A DNA stretch of 64,000 nt from Gemmatimonadales bacterium (GTDB taxonomy: Bacteria > Gemmatimonadota > Gemmatimonadetes > Gemmatimonadales > GWC2-71-9), in NCBI GenBank assembly GCA_036555275.1, contig DATBLR010000041.1, forward strand, positions 1,711 to 65,710, given 5' to 3'. The notes under the pieces are model-generated. The model was not told the origin of the DNA. It saw nothing but the letters and a program-made list of their open reading frames with translations, and ran no database searches. Position numbers and translations under genes: made by a program. Shown in pieces: positions 42,161 through 50,474 of this stretch. The stretch's first letter is position 1. Every line of letters starts with the position of its first letter.

Positions 42161-42502
42161 ATGGATCGTCGCATCACTGGATTCCATCAGGACGCCGAGC
42201 TTCACTGGGTAGCCGAACTGGAGTGCGGCCATCAGCAGCACGTTCGCCATGATCCCCCCTGGCAGAATCGGCCGTGGGTTGTGGCGGAGGCATCCCGCCA
42301 GGAGCGGGTCGGGTCCTTCCTTGGTTGCCCGGGCTGTGATCTGCGGGCCAAAGACCCTGGCGCACTGACTGTCCAGAATCCCCTCGTCGGCCTCCTCGAC
42401 CCCTACCAGGATGGCCGCCTTCAGGGACTTTGCCACGATGGCGCCGTAGAGGCAGCCAGGCGGCGGGCGGTACCCGGTGCTCCCCGGCCGAACGAAGGTT
42501 GA
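42161..42502 (+). CDS. DUF3565 domain protein
   Basis: ORF 113 aa. ITGFHQDAELHWVAELECGHQQHVRHDPPWQNRPWV...GCPGC. Long C-terminal tail. Confidence 0.7.
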   Translation: MDRRITGFHQDAELHWVAELECGHQQHVRHDPPWQNRPWVVAEASRQERVGSFLGCPGCDLRAKDPGALTVQNPLVGLLDPYQDGRLQGLCHDGAVEAARRRAVPGAPRPNEG

Positions 42503-42549
42503 TCGGGTCTGCCGATTGCGCGGATGCGGCAGCGGAAAGCCACGACCCC

Positions 42550-43095
42550 TTGCAACCGCTCCCCGTTTCATCCGCCGCTGAACTCCGTCCCCTCGAGCTG
42601 GCGGATGCCCCCGCGCTGCTTGCTGCAATTACCGCGCACCGTGAGGAGCTCGATCCCTGGCTGCGATGGTCCCGGGCGATTCAGACCCCGGCCGACGCCG
42701 CTGCCTTCATCGCGCAGTTCACGGCGAAGCTCACCCGGGGTGAAGGATTTCATCTCGGCCTCCGGGCCGACCAGCGCCTGCTCGGCGGCGTCATCTGCTG
42801 GTCCATCAATCGCGACCACCGCAATGCCGAGGTCGGCTACTGGCTGATACCCGACGCTCGCGGCCAGGGATTGGCGACGGCGGCAACACGCGCCGTGGTA
42901 CAGCATCTCTTCCAGGTAGAACGGCTTCACCGGGTGGAGCTGCAGTGTGCAGTGACCAATGATCCGAGCCGACGTCTGGCGGAGCGCCTGGGCTTCCAGT
43001 TCGAGGGAGTACGGCGAGAGTCCCACTGGCTCAGTACCCGGTTCGTCGACCACGCGGTGTATGGCGCGTTGGCGACAGACTGGGACACGACCTGA
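42550..43095 (+). CDS. GNAT family N-acetyltransferase (RimJ/RimL-like)
   Basis: ORF 42430..43095. TTG 42550 is proposed as the start. LRPLELADAPALL...AEVGYWLIPDARGQGLATAATRAVVQHLF...RVELQCAVTNDPSRRLAERLGF. Confidence 0.75.
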   Translation: MQPLPVSSAAELRPLELADAPALLAAITAHREELDPWLRWSRAIQTPADAAAFIAQFTAKLTRGEGFHLGLRADQRLLGGVICWSINRDHRNAEVGYWLIPDARGQGLATAATRAVVQHLFQVERLHRVELQCAVTNDPSRRLAERLGFQFEGVRRESHWLSTRFVDHAVYGALATDWDTT

Positions 43096-43149
43096 CCGGC
43101 GCCCGAGGCCGTCTGGCCGCGGGGGCTGCCGGATAACTAGCTTCCGCGC

Positions 43150-43671
43150 ATGACCAAGTTACCCGAGGTCTGGCTCCGCGGGCCGATTTCAGGCATCGAA
43201 GCGGCGTTGCAGCCAGTCGCCCATGCCCTGCTGCAGGCGGCGGAGGAGGTGCCCACACTGCTCCGACCTCTCCACGCCGGTCAGCTCTGGGCTGCTCCGG
43301 GCGGGGCCGCGCCGATTGGATTCCACGTCGCCCACCTAACCGGTAGCCTCGACCGCCTCTTCACCTATGCCCGGGGCGAGCCCCTCTCGCCAACCCAGCA
43401 GACCGCGCTGGCCGCCGAGCGAACTGTAGTCAAGAGCCACCCGCCGCTGTCTCAGCTCCTCAACGAGTTTGAGCGGGTGCTGGAGCGGGCCCTCGAGCAG
43501 CTGCGGACGACGCGCCCCGACTCGCTCCACGAATCTCGAGGAGTAGGCCGGGCTCGGTTGCCCTCCACCGTCCTTGGGCTGCTGTTCCACGCGGCCGAAC
43601 ACACCACTCGTCACGCCGGTCAGATTGCCACCCTGGTCCGAGTGGTGAGCAGCGGGACGTCCGCCCGGTGA
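43150..43671 (+). CDS. DinB family protein, second copy
   Basis: ORF 173 aa. LQPVAHALL...GFHVAHLTGSLDRLFTYARGE...AAEHTTRHAGQI. Colinear with 11667..12218. Confidence 0.8.
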   Translation: MTKLPEVWLRGPISGIEAALQPVAHALLQAAEEVPTLLRPLHAGQLWAAPGGAAPIGFHVAHLTGSLDRLFTYARGEPLSPTQQTALAAERTVVKSHPPLSQLLNEFERVLERALEQLRTTRPDSLHESRGVGRARLPSTVLGLLFHAAEHTTRHAGQIATLVRVVSSGTSAR

Positions 43672-43806
43672 GGCGGCAAGGCGTGTCGAGCGCAACCTGG
43701 GAGCCGAAGCCTTGCAGGTGAAGTGACCCCTCAGGGTGGTGCACCTGTTCCCAACGCCAGAGCCTCGCGTGGCTGCCGTCCAGGCGGGACTGGCTTGAAA
43801 TGGTGG

Positions 43807-43850
43807 CCCTCACGGCGCGCCGAGGCTGCCGGGCGCGGCCGTTGACTCTC
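43807..43850 (+). repeat. orphan family-1 attC left half
   Basis: GCCCTCACGGCGCGCCGAGGCTGCCGGGCGCGGCCGTTGACTCTC parallels GCCTAACCGCGCATGCACCAGCCAGGGCGCGGCCGTCGGTTCTC (8971). No right arm precedes the next gene. Confidence 0.45.
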
Positions 43851-43884
43851 ATGAGGGCACAAGGCGCCTGCCCAAGGAGACCAC

Positions 43885-44373
43885 GTGCCAACTGCCGACC
43901 AATGGCACTTTGCCGTCACGCTCATGGCAGCACTCGGTTGCGGTCTCGTCGCCGGAGTCTTCTTTGCTTTTTCGACCTTTGTGATGAAGGCTCTCGCGCG
44001 CCTCCCCGACGGTCAAGGTCTCGCCGCGATGCAGTCTGTCAACGTCGTGGTCCTCCGCTCATCATTCATGGCCGTATTCCTTGGCTCGGCTGCGGCTTGC
44101 CTGCTTGCGCTGGTATTCTCCCTGTCGCGATGGCCGGCACCGGTCGCAGTCTGGCGAGTCCTCGGGAGCGTGCTCTATCTCGTCGGCAGCCTGTTGGTGA
44201 CCTTCGTGTTTAACGTGCCCAGAAACGACGCGCTTGTCTCGGTCGCCCCGTCCGACCCTGACCTCACGCGCCGCTGGTCAGGCTACGTCGTCGGGTGGAC
44301 GGCGTGGAACCACGTGCGGACGATTGCCTCGCTCGCGGCGGCGGGGGCGTTCAGCATGGCGCTCTCCTACTAG
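43885..44373 (+). CDS. DUF1772 (anthrone oxygenase-like) membrane protein
   Basis: ORF 162 aa. GTG start with AAGGAG upstream. Four helices. FNVPRNDAL...W.AWNHVRT. Confidence 0.7.
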   Translation: MPTADQWHFAVTLMAALGCGLVAGVFFAFSTFVMKALARLPDGQGLAAMQSVNVVVLRSSFMAVFLGSAAACLLALVFSLSRWPAPVAVWRVLGSVLYLVGSLLVTFVFNVPRNDALVSVAPSDPDLTRRWSGYVVGWTAWNHVRTIASLAAAGAFSMALSY

Positions 44374-44390
44374 GAGCGAGGCCCACCGCC

Positions 44391-44807
44391 ATGCCGACTT
44401 CCACCTTCGCACTTCACCCCATCGCGTATGTCCACTCCACCCTGAAGCATCCCGCGCTCGCCCCCAAGCAAGGCCGGGAGGCCGCTCCGAATGCGCGGCT
44501 CGCGGTGGCGCAGGATTTCGTCGACGGGTTGCAGGGCCTCCAGGCGGGACAGGAGGTCATCCTGATCACGTGGCTGCACCAGGCACGGCGCGACCTCCTG
44601 AAGGTGCATCCCCGTGATAACCCCAAGGCTCCCCTCGCAGGGGTTTTCACCACCCGCTCTGCCGACCGGCCGAACCCACTCGGGCTCCATCGAGTGAAGA
44701 TTCTCCGGATCACGGGCCGCGAGCTCGAGGTCGGCCCGCTGGAAGCCCTCGACGGCACTCCGGTCGTTGATATCAAGCCCGTCCTGGCACCGCCAGCGGA
44801 CTGCTGA
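44391..44807 (+). CDS. tsaA: TsaA/TrmO (YaeB) family SAM-dependent methyltransferase
   Basis: ORF 44295..44807 trimmed to ATG 44391 (AGGAG upstream). GVFTTRSADRPNPLGLHRVKILRI...LDGTPVVDIKPV. Confidence 0.8.
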   Translation: MPTSTFALHPIAYVHSTLKHPALAPKQGREAAPNARLAVAQDFVDGLQGLQAGQEVILITWLHQARRDLLKVHPRDNPKAPLAGVFTTRSADRPNPLGLHRVKILRITGRELEVGPLEALDGTPVVDIKPVLAPPADC

Positions 44808-45079
44808 CCCGGCTTCGTTGAGGCTCTCGAGCGTCCTTCACGGTCGCCCATGGCGCGCTGGCCATCGTCGCCCTGGTCTCTGCCTGAGAGTTCGCGTGAG
44901 GGCCCCCCAGCCGTCACCACAGTCCGTGCCAGTGGCCCGCGGCCTTCCCGGCTGCCTCGAGGAGACGTAGGTTAGGCCGGGCTTCGCCTGGCTGGGCTTC
45001 AGGTGCCGGCGGTGGCCGCTCCCGGGGGTGCCGGCGCCGCGGCCCGGTTTCCCACCACAATTCAATTGGAGCATTTCAT

Positions 45080-45331
45080 ATGAGCGGGCGTGGCATCATC
45101 TGGATACTGCTGGTGGGTCTCATCGCGGGATGGTTGGCGGGCAAGATCATGAAAGGCTCCGGATACGGCCTGCTCGGCGACCTGGTCGTCGGAATCCTCG
45201 GCGCCGTAATCGGCGGGTGGATCTTCGGCCTGCTTGGCATCGGGGCCTGGGGACTGGTCGGGAGCATTATCGTTGCGCTTGTCGGCGCCTTGATCCTGCT
45301 GTATGTGGTGCGGATGGTGAAGCGGGGCTGA
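45080..45331 (+). CDS. GlsB/YeaQ/YmgE family stress-response membrane protein
   Basis: ORF 83 aa. GIIWILLVGLIAGWLAGKIMKGSGYGLLGDLVVGILGAVIGGWIF. Confidence 0.9.
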   Translation: MSGRGIIWILLVGLIAGWLAGKIMKGSGYGLLGDLVVGILGAVIGGWIFGLLGIGAWGLVGSIIVALVGALILLYVVRMVKRG

Positions 45332-45575
45332 CCACCTTCGGGTTCTCCTGACGCCGGCCCGGACGGCCATCTTCTTCCCCGACGGGCGGCCCGCGACCGA
45401 ACTCGCGCTCTGCTCCGAACTGGCGCGCCTCGCCTACGCCCCGTTTGAGCGCGATCCGCAGGCCAAAGCGGCCGTTCAGGAGACCCTCGCGCGGATCGGC
45501 CTTCCCCGGTCCATCTTCATCAGTCACGAGGGCACCCAGGGGTACATCGCCGCGGATTCCGCCAAGAACCTGGCC

Positions 45576-46160
45576 GTGCTGACGTTCCGCGGCACCGAGC
45601 TCGAGCCGCGCGATTGGAGCACGGACCTCAACGCCTTGCCAACTGCCTGGCCGGCGGGCGGACAGGTTCACCGCGGCTTCGCTGACGCGCTTCGGGATGT
45701 CTGGGACGAGGTGGCGGCGGCATTGGTGGGCCTCCCCAGCCGTTTGCTCTACACCGGCCATAGCCTCGGAGCCGCTCTCGCGACGCTGGCCGCGTCCCTG
45801 CGCCAACCCACAGTCCGTTACACCTTCGGGTCCCCCCGAGTCGGCGATGCCGCCTTTGTACAATCACTCGCGGCGCTGCCCCACCATCGGTTCGTCAACT
45901 GCTGCGATGTCGTGTGCCGGGTCCCCCCGGAAGCCCTCGGGTACGCTCATCTCGGTCCGCCTGCCTACCTGGACGGGTATGGCCACCTGCATGTCGCACC
46001 GGATGACGAGCTGGTTGAGAAAGACCAGGCGCGCGCTCGCCGCGCCTACCTCTGGCGCTATGCGTGGCGCCTGGGAACGCTCTGGACCCGGGACGTGGCC
46101 GATCACACGCCGGCCAATTACGTCGCGGCCGCCGCGCAGCTCCCCGGCGGCGCACCTTAG
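45576..46160 (+). CDS. class 3 lipase family protein (family-like sequence continues upstream to 45321 without an ATG/GTG/TTG)
   Basis: ORF 194 aa from GTG 45576. GHSLGAALA nucleophile elbow. The same frame upstream reads AIFFPDGRPATELALCSELARLAYAPFERD...GTQGYIAADSAKNLAV. Confidence 0.7.
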   Translation: MLTFRGTELEPRDWSTDLNALPTAWPAGGQVHRGFADALRDVWDEVAAALVGLPSRLLYTGHSLGAALATLAASLRQPTVRYTFGSPRVGDAAFVQSLAALPHHRFVNCCDVVCRVPPEALGYAHLGPPAYLDGYGHLHVAPDDELVEKDQARARRAYLWRYAWRLGTLWTRDVADHTPANYVAAAAQLPGGAP

Positions 46161-46397
46161 CCACGGGGCGCGCCGATCTACTCGACCCGCGTGTTACACG
46201 CATGCACCGCCAAAGTGGGAGCTGCGTGAGCCCGCGGCTTGAGCACGGCCGCACTTCAGCTAACATCCACCGCGCACCCCATGTTGGAGGCCGAATGCGG
46301 CCCATAGAGTACTCCACGCCGCGGCGGCACGCACCATCTGAACGCTCGTCAGCCGCCGGCGCAGCACTGCCAGGCTGACCGTCCCAAATCCCCACGC

Positions 46398-46784
46398 ATG
46401 TGGTACCGCCTGCTGGCCGACGCTGTCGTCATGGTGCACTTCGGCTTTGTGCTGTTCGTCGTTTTCGGCGGGCTTCTCGTCAACCGGCACAGCTGGGCCG
46501 TCTACCTGCATGTGCCCGCGGCTGTCTGGGGAGCAGTGATCGAATTCACCGGGTGGATCTGCCCGTTGACGCCCTGGGAGCAGACCCTGCGCCGTCTCGG
46601 CGGCGAGGCCGGCTATGCTGGGGGATTCATCGAACACTACCTGCTCCCCGTACTCTATCCACCGGGGCTTACCACCACCGCTCAGACTGTGCTTGGGCTT
46701 GCCGTCGTCGGAATCAATGCAGTAGTCTACGGCCGGTTGCTGAACCGGCGCCGGCGTCAGCGATCGATGGCGTCCCGCCGGTAG
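46398..46784 (+). CDS. DUF2784 domain membrane protein
   Basis: ORF 128 aa. VMVHFGFVLFVVFGG...GWICPLTPWEQTLRR...YLLPVLYP. Confidence 0.7.
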   Translation: MWYRLLADAVVMVHFGFVLFVVFGGLLVNRHSWAVYLHVPAAVWGAVIEFTGWICPLTPWEQTLRRLGGEAGYAGGFIEHYLLPVLYPPGLTTTAQTVLGLAVVGINAVVYGRLLNRRRRQRSMASRR

Positions 46785-46800
46785 CGGCTCCGCGAGTGAC

Positions 46801-46903
46801 ACCTGTCTCATCGCGCCTGAAGCTGGAACCCGATGCCAGCCTGTCCCGGCCTCGGCGCCTTGCCCAAGGCAGCCTCGGCCGGCAGCTTACACGAGGCTTC
46901 ATC
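46801..46903 (+). repeat. attC-like site, family 2 (degenerate)
   Basis: ACCTGTCTCATCGCGCCTGAAGCTGGAACCCGATGCCAGCCTGTCCCGGCC ... GGCAGCTTACACGAGGCTTCATC. Confidence 0.45.
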
Positions 46904-46935
46904 TCTATGCTCGCTGGTGCAGCAGGTGGACCAGG

Positions 46936-47217
46936 ATGGTGCTCATGGCGGTGCTGGTTATCGCGGAGGTCCCGGGTCAGACCCAGCAGGGGTATGACGG
47001 AATGCTCGGCATGCTCACAGGCGCCTTGAAACAGGCCCCCGGGCTCATCCTGCACACGGCGCATCCGACCGAAGGGGGCTGGCGAGTAATCGAGATCTGG
47101 GAGTCGCAGAACGACGCGAATCAGTTCTTCGCCAAGAACGTCCACCCCCACCTGCCACCGGGCATCAAGCCAAGACGGTCGTTCCAGGAATTGCACAGCC
47201 TCGTGACCCCCGGATAG
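46936..47217 (+). CDS. small ferredoxin-fold (ABM/Dabb-like) protein
   Basis: ORF 93 aa. VIAEVPGQTQQGYDGML...GLILHTAHPTEGGWRVIEIWESQNDANQFF. Confidence 0.55.
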   Translation: MVLMAVLVIAEVPGQTQQGYDGMLGMLTGALKQAPGLILHTAHPTEGGWRVIEIWESQNDANQFFAKNVHPHLPPGIKPRRSFQELHSLVTPG

Positions 47218-47229
47218 GAGCACCACCCC

Positions 47230-47586
47230 ATGCCTCCTCGCTCCCTGGTTCGCGCCTTTCTCATCCTGTACGTGACCGTCGGCATCATTGTCTGCCTCGA
47301 GAGCGTCCAAACGGTCATCGCCGCCCTCCAGGGGGGCTTCTCTCCCAGCAACCGACCCCACGCGCTGTTGCTGGGCGCCCTCGAGACCGCCGCCGCGATT
47401 CTGTTTCTCATCCCCCGCACCATGCGCTGGGGCGCCGCTGGCCTCCTCACGATCTTTGTCCTCGCCTTCGGGCTGCACCTGGCCGGCGGACACCCCAACT
47501 TTGCCCTGCTGATCTACGCTGCGGCCGTCCTGTTCATCCGCGTCCACGGAGTGCAGGGCTACCGCTGGTCGGCGATGGCTGCCTGA
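47230..47586 (+). CDS. DoxX-like membrane protein (tentative)
   Basis: ORF 118 aa with four hydrophobic helices. TGA stop lies in GCCTGAC. Confidence 0.5.
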   Translation: MPPRSLVRAFLILYVTVGIIVCLESVQTVIAALQGGFSPSNRPHALLLGALETAAAILFLIPRTMRWGAAGLLTIFVLAFGLHLAGGHPNFALLIYAAAVLFIRVHGVQGYRWSAMAA

Positions 47587-47648
47587 CTCGCGCCCGGCCT
47601 CGAAACGAGCGACGGTCATGGGGACTGACCGGAGCGCCCCCGTTGCCG
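47581..47648 (+). repeat. short attC-like site (last convincing one in the window)
   Basis: GCCTGACTCGCGCCCGG ... CCGGAGCGCCCCCGTTGCCG. 68 bp. Confidence 0.5.
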
Positions 47649-47783
47649 AGCAGAGGGCATCGGCCGGTAATCCCCGCTTCGAGGCCCACCTCCTCCCCGA
47701 ATCCGGTCAGGCATGCTCAGGTACCCCCCTGACATAGGCCGGTGTGAGTCTCTGGCCCCAGGACAACCGATGGGGAGAGCCCC

Positions 47784-48251
47784 CTACTCCGCTCCGACCG
47801 CCGGTCGCCCCAGCCCGACCGTCCCGATCGAGCGTTCCAGCAGATACTCGTGAATCTGCTGCATCGCGCCGATATCGAGACCGATGGCGCACCACGCCGG
47901 CATGCCCTTGTCCACCCGGCCAGCGCAGACGGTCTGAATGAAGAGTTCACGGGTCGGAATCGTCCCCGTGGGCTTGACGGACTCGATCAATCCGGGCGCA
48001 AAGGAGGTCCCCACACCGAAATCGCCGTGACAACGGGCGCAGTTCAACGCGAACTGCTTGAAGCCGTCGTACACAGCAGCCGATACAGTGTCACGCGGAG
48101 GGGCATGGTAGGAGATGAAGTACGTGGAATCTGCAGCTTCCGTTCCCGGACTGCTCTGAGCTCTGACAGTCGTGGCAGTGCTGCCCACGGCCCACAGGAA
48201 GAGAGCCAGGCCGGCGATCCGGGAAGGGCCGCGTGGCACAGGAGAGTGCAT
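47784..48251 (-). CDS. c-type cytochrome
   Basis: ORF 155 aa. Signal peptide, CARCH heme-binding motif, distal GMPAW. Confidence 0.8.
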   Translation of the reverse strand: MHSPVPRGPSRIAGLALFLWAVGSTATTVRAQSSPGTEAADSTYFISYHAPPRDTVSAAVYDGFKQFALNCARCHGDFGVGTSFAPGLIESVKPTGTIPTRELFIQTVCAGRVDKGMPAWCAIGLDIGAMQQIHEYLLERSIGTVGLGRPAVGAE

Positions 48252-48390
48252 GGGACCGCTCCAATTCCGGCGCCCTCAAGCGGGCCGCTCGGGCGCCCCG
48301 AAGGTAGGATTACGTGGAAACACCCTAGGGGCCCTTGTATGAAGAGAGGGCCAGCATCGGAGTGAAGATTCGTCGGGGAGGTATCACCAA

Positions 48391-48864
48391 ATGCCCAAAA
48401 CTGCTGCCGGCCTTCTGCTCTTCCGTCACGCACCTGGCGGGCTGCAAGTCCTGCTGGTCCACCTTGGCGGTCCGTTCTGGGCGGGAAAGGACCTCGGCGC
48501 CTGGTCTCTCCCCAAAGGCGAGGCAGCGGCAGGGGAGGAGCTGCTTTCCGCCGCCCGGCGCGAGTTCCGGGAAGAAATCGGTCTCGACCCGTTCGGAACA
48601 CCTTTCCCGCTGGGGCAGGTGAAGCAATCGGGTGGAAAGGTCGTGCATGCCTGGGCCCTCGAAGGCGACTTCGAACCAGGCTCGCTCAAGAGCAATACCT
48701 TTGCGGTGGAGTGGCCGAAAGGCTCTGGTCAGGTACGCCACTATCCCGAAGTCGATCGCGCGGCCTGGTTCAACCTGCCCGAGGCGCGCCGTCGCATCCT
48801 GGCCTCCCAGGTTCCTCTGCTCGACGTGCTGGCGGCGGCCCCCCAGGTCCGCACTGAGCGGTGA
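48391..48864 (+). CDS. NUDIX hydrolase
   Basis: ORF 157 aa with GGGGAGG upstream. Nudix box GEAAAGEELLSAARREFREEIG. Confidence 0.85.
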   Translation: MPKTAAGLLLFRHAPGGLQVLLVHLGGPFWAGKDLGAWSLPKGEAAAGEELLSAARREFREEIGLDPFGTPFPLGQVKQSGGKVVHAWALEGDFEPGSLKSNTFAVEWPKGSGQVRHYPEVDRAAWFNLPEARRRILASQVPLLDVLAAAPQVRTER

Positions 48865-48911
48865 GACTACAACGGGGTCGCAGGTCGTTGCCACACGCGG
48901 GTGGTTCGCAT

Positions 48912-49334
48912 ATGAAACCACGCATCACCGTCATTACGCTGGGCGTCGACGATCTGGACCGCGCTCTCGCTTTCTACCGCGACGGCCTCGGGCTCGCCAC
49001 GAGTGGAATCGTCGGCAGAGAGTTCGAACATGGAGCCGTCGCGTTCTTCGAGCTGCAGAACGGTCTGCAGCTCGCCATATGGCCGCGAAACGACATTGCC
49101 CATGATGCCCGGTTGAGCAAGGGGGTGCCAAGCTCGACGGAGTTCACGATTGGACACAACGTGAACAGCAGGGCCGAAGTGGATGCGGTCATGGAACAGG
49201 CCGCCCGAGCCGGCGCCCGGGTAGTCAAACCGGCCGCCGAGACCTTCTGGGGCGGGTACGGCGGTTACTTCCAGGACCCCGACGGTCATGTCTGGGAAAT
49301 CGTGTGGAACCCGAAGATGACCATCGAGGAATAG
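48912..49334 (+). CDS. VOC (glyoxalase/bleomycin-resistance) family protein
   Basis: ORF 48861..49334 trimmed to ATG 48912. ITVITLGVDDLDRALAFYRDGLG...GYFQDPDGHVWEIVWNP. Confidence 0.85.
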   Translation: MKPRITVITLGVDDLDRALAFYRDGLGLATSGIVGREFEHGAVAFFELQNGLQLAIWPRNDIAHDARLSKGVPSSTEFTIGHNVNSRAEVDAVMEQAARAGARVVKPAAETFWGGYGGYFQDPDGHVWEIVWNPKMTIEE

Positions 49335-49483
49335 CTCGCTCCCCAGACTGAAGTCAGCACATGCCGAGGGGGCGGCCGGGAGCGGTGCATCGGCCGGGGG
49401 ATCGCAGATTACCTTTGGGCCTGCGCCCGCGGCTGAGCCAGCGCCCCGCCATGTACGCGCCTCCGAACGCGAGAGTCCAGCTC

Positions 49484-49963
49484 ATGAGTGCTCGGGATGA
49501 ACTTGCGGCGAAGGGAATCACACTCCCCTCCCCTCCCAAGCCGGGCGGCGCGTACGAGGCGGTGCGGATCATGGGCGGCATTGCGTACGTTGCCATCCAG
49601 TTCCCGATCCTGAACGGAGAGTGGGTGTGGCGGGGTCGGCTCGGTCAGGAGATCTCGACCGAAGACGGGTACCAGGCTGCTCGACTGTGTGCCCTCAACG
49701 TCCTGGCTCAACTCGATCGACTCCCGGGTCTGGATCGGATCGCCGGTCTCAACCGCATCGAGGCACATATGCTCACGGCGCCTGGATGGAATGACTTCGC
49801 CCGAGTGGTGGATGGGGCGTCGCACCTGTTTCTTGAGGCGCTGGGTGATGTGGGCTGCCATTCGCGGGCACTCTATGGCGTCGAGCGCCTTCCGGGAAAT
49901 GCGACCATCGCCCTGACCACAACTGCGACGCTGCGGTTCGGCGATGGCGACCGGGGGGCGTGA
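49484..49963 (+). CDS. RidA/YjgF family protein
   Basis: ORF 49361..49963 trimmed to ATG 49484. LAAKGITLPSPPKPGGAYEAVRIMGGIAYVAIQFP...HSRALYGVERLPGNATIAL. Confidence 0.7.
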   Translation: MSARDELAAKGITLPSPPKPGGAYEAVRIMGGIAYVAIQFPILNGEWVWRGRLGQEISTEDGYQAARLCALNVLAQLDRLPGLDRIAGLNRIEAHMLTAPGWNDFARVVDGASHLFLEALGDVGCHSRALYGVERLPGNATIALTTTATLRFGDGDRGA

Positions 49964-49994
49964 CCACCGGGCCCCACCACTCGTGACCTGACAC

Positions 49995-50465
49995 ATGAGC
50001 TCGCCTGCCACCGACCATCCCCACGTACTGGTGTTCCCGCCGGCCCTCTTCGGAGGTACGCTCCTGCTCGGCCTGGCGTTACACTGGCTTCGCCCCAGCC
50101 AACTGCTGCCGCCCCTGCCATCCCGTCTGCTCGGTGCCGCCCTGCTGGTCGGAAGCATGCTGCTTGCCCGGGCGGCGGAAGCCACGATGAAAAGGGCGGG
50201 CACCAACGTCAGGCCGGATCAGCCATCGCTCGTGCTCGTGACCGACGGACCATTCCGGTTCGGCCGGAACCCGCTCTACCTCGCCACGCTGGGCCTGTAC
50301 GGGAGCATCACCCTTCTCGTCGATGCCGTCTGGCCCGCCCTCCTTCTCATCCCGCTCCTGGCGATCCTGCGCTGGGGAGTGATCGCCCGGGAGGAGCAAT
50401 ATCTCGAGCAGAAGTTCGGCGACACGTACCGGGCGTACAAAGCCCGGGTGCGGCGCTGGCTGTAA
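49995..50465 (+). CDS. isoprenylcysteine carboxyl methyltransferase (ICMT/PEMT-like) family protein
   Basis: ORF 156 aa. LVTDGPFRFGRNPLYLA...REEQYLEQKFGDTYRAYKARVRRWL. Confidence 0.85.
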   Translation: MSSPATDHPHVLVFPPALFGGTLLLGLALHWLRPSQLLPPLPSRLLGAALLVGSMLLARAAEATMKRAGTNVRPDQPSLVLVTDGPFRFGRNPLYLATLGLYGSITLLVDAVWPALLLIPLLAILRWGVIAREEQYLEQKFGDTYRAYKARVRRWL

Positions 50466-50474
50466 GGGTCGCCG

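Noticed and set aside
42152-42628. 158-aa minus-strand ORF antisense to the DUF3565 gene.
   Set aside because: The + strand product carries the distinctive HWVAELECGHQQHVRHDPPW motif. The antisense ORF has no recognisable features.
8971-47648. Regularly recurring palindromic repeats could be mistaken for a CRISPR array.
   Set aside because: The repeats are 45-130 bp, imperfect and fall into two families. The spacers are 0.3-1.8 kb and contain ORFs with RBSs. The repeats have RYYYAAC/GTTRRRY ends. This is attC organisation, not CRISPR.
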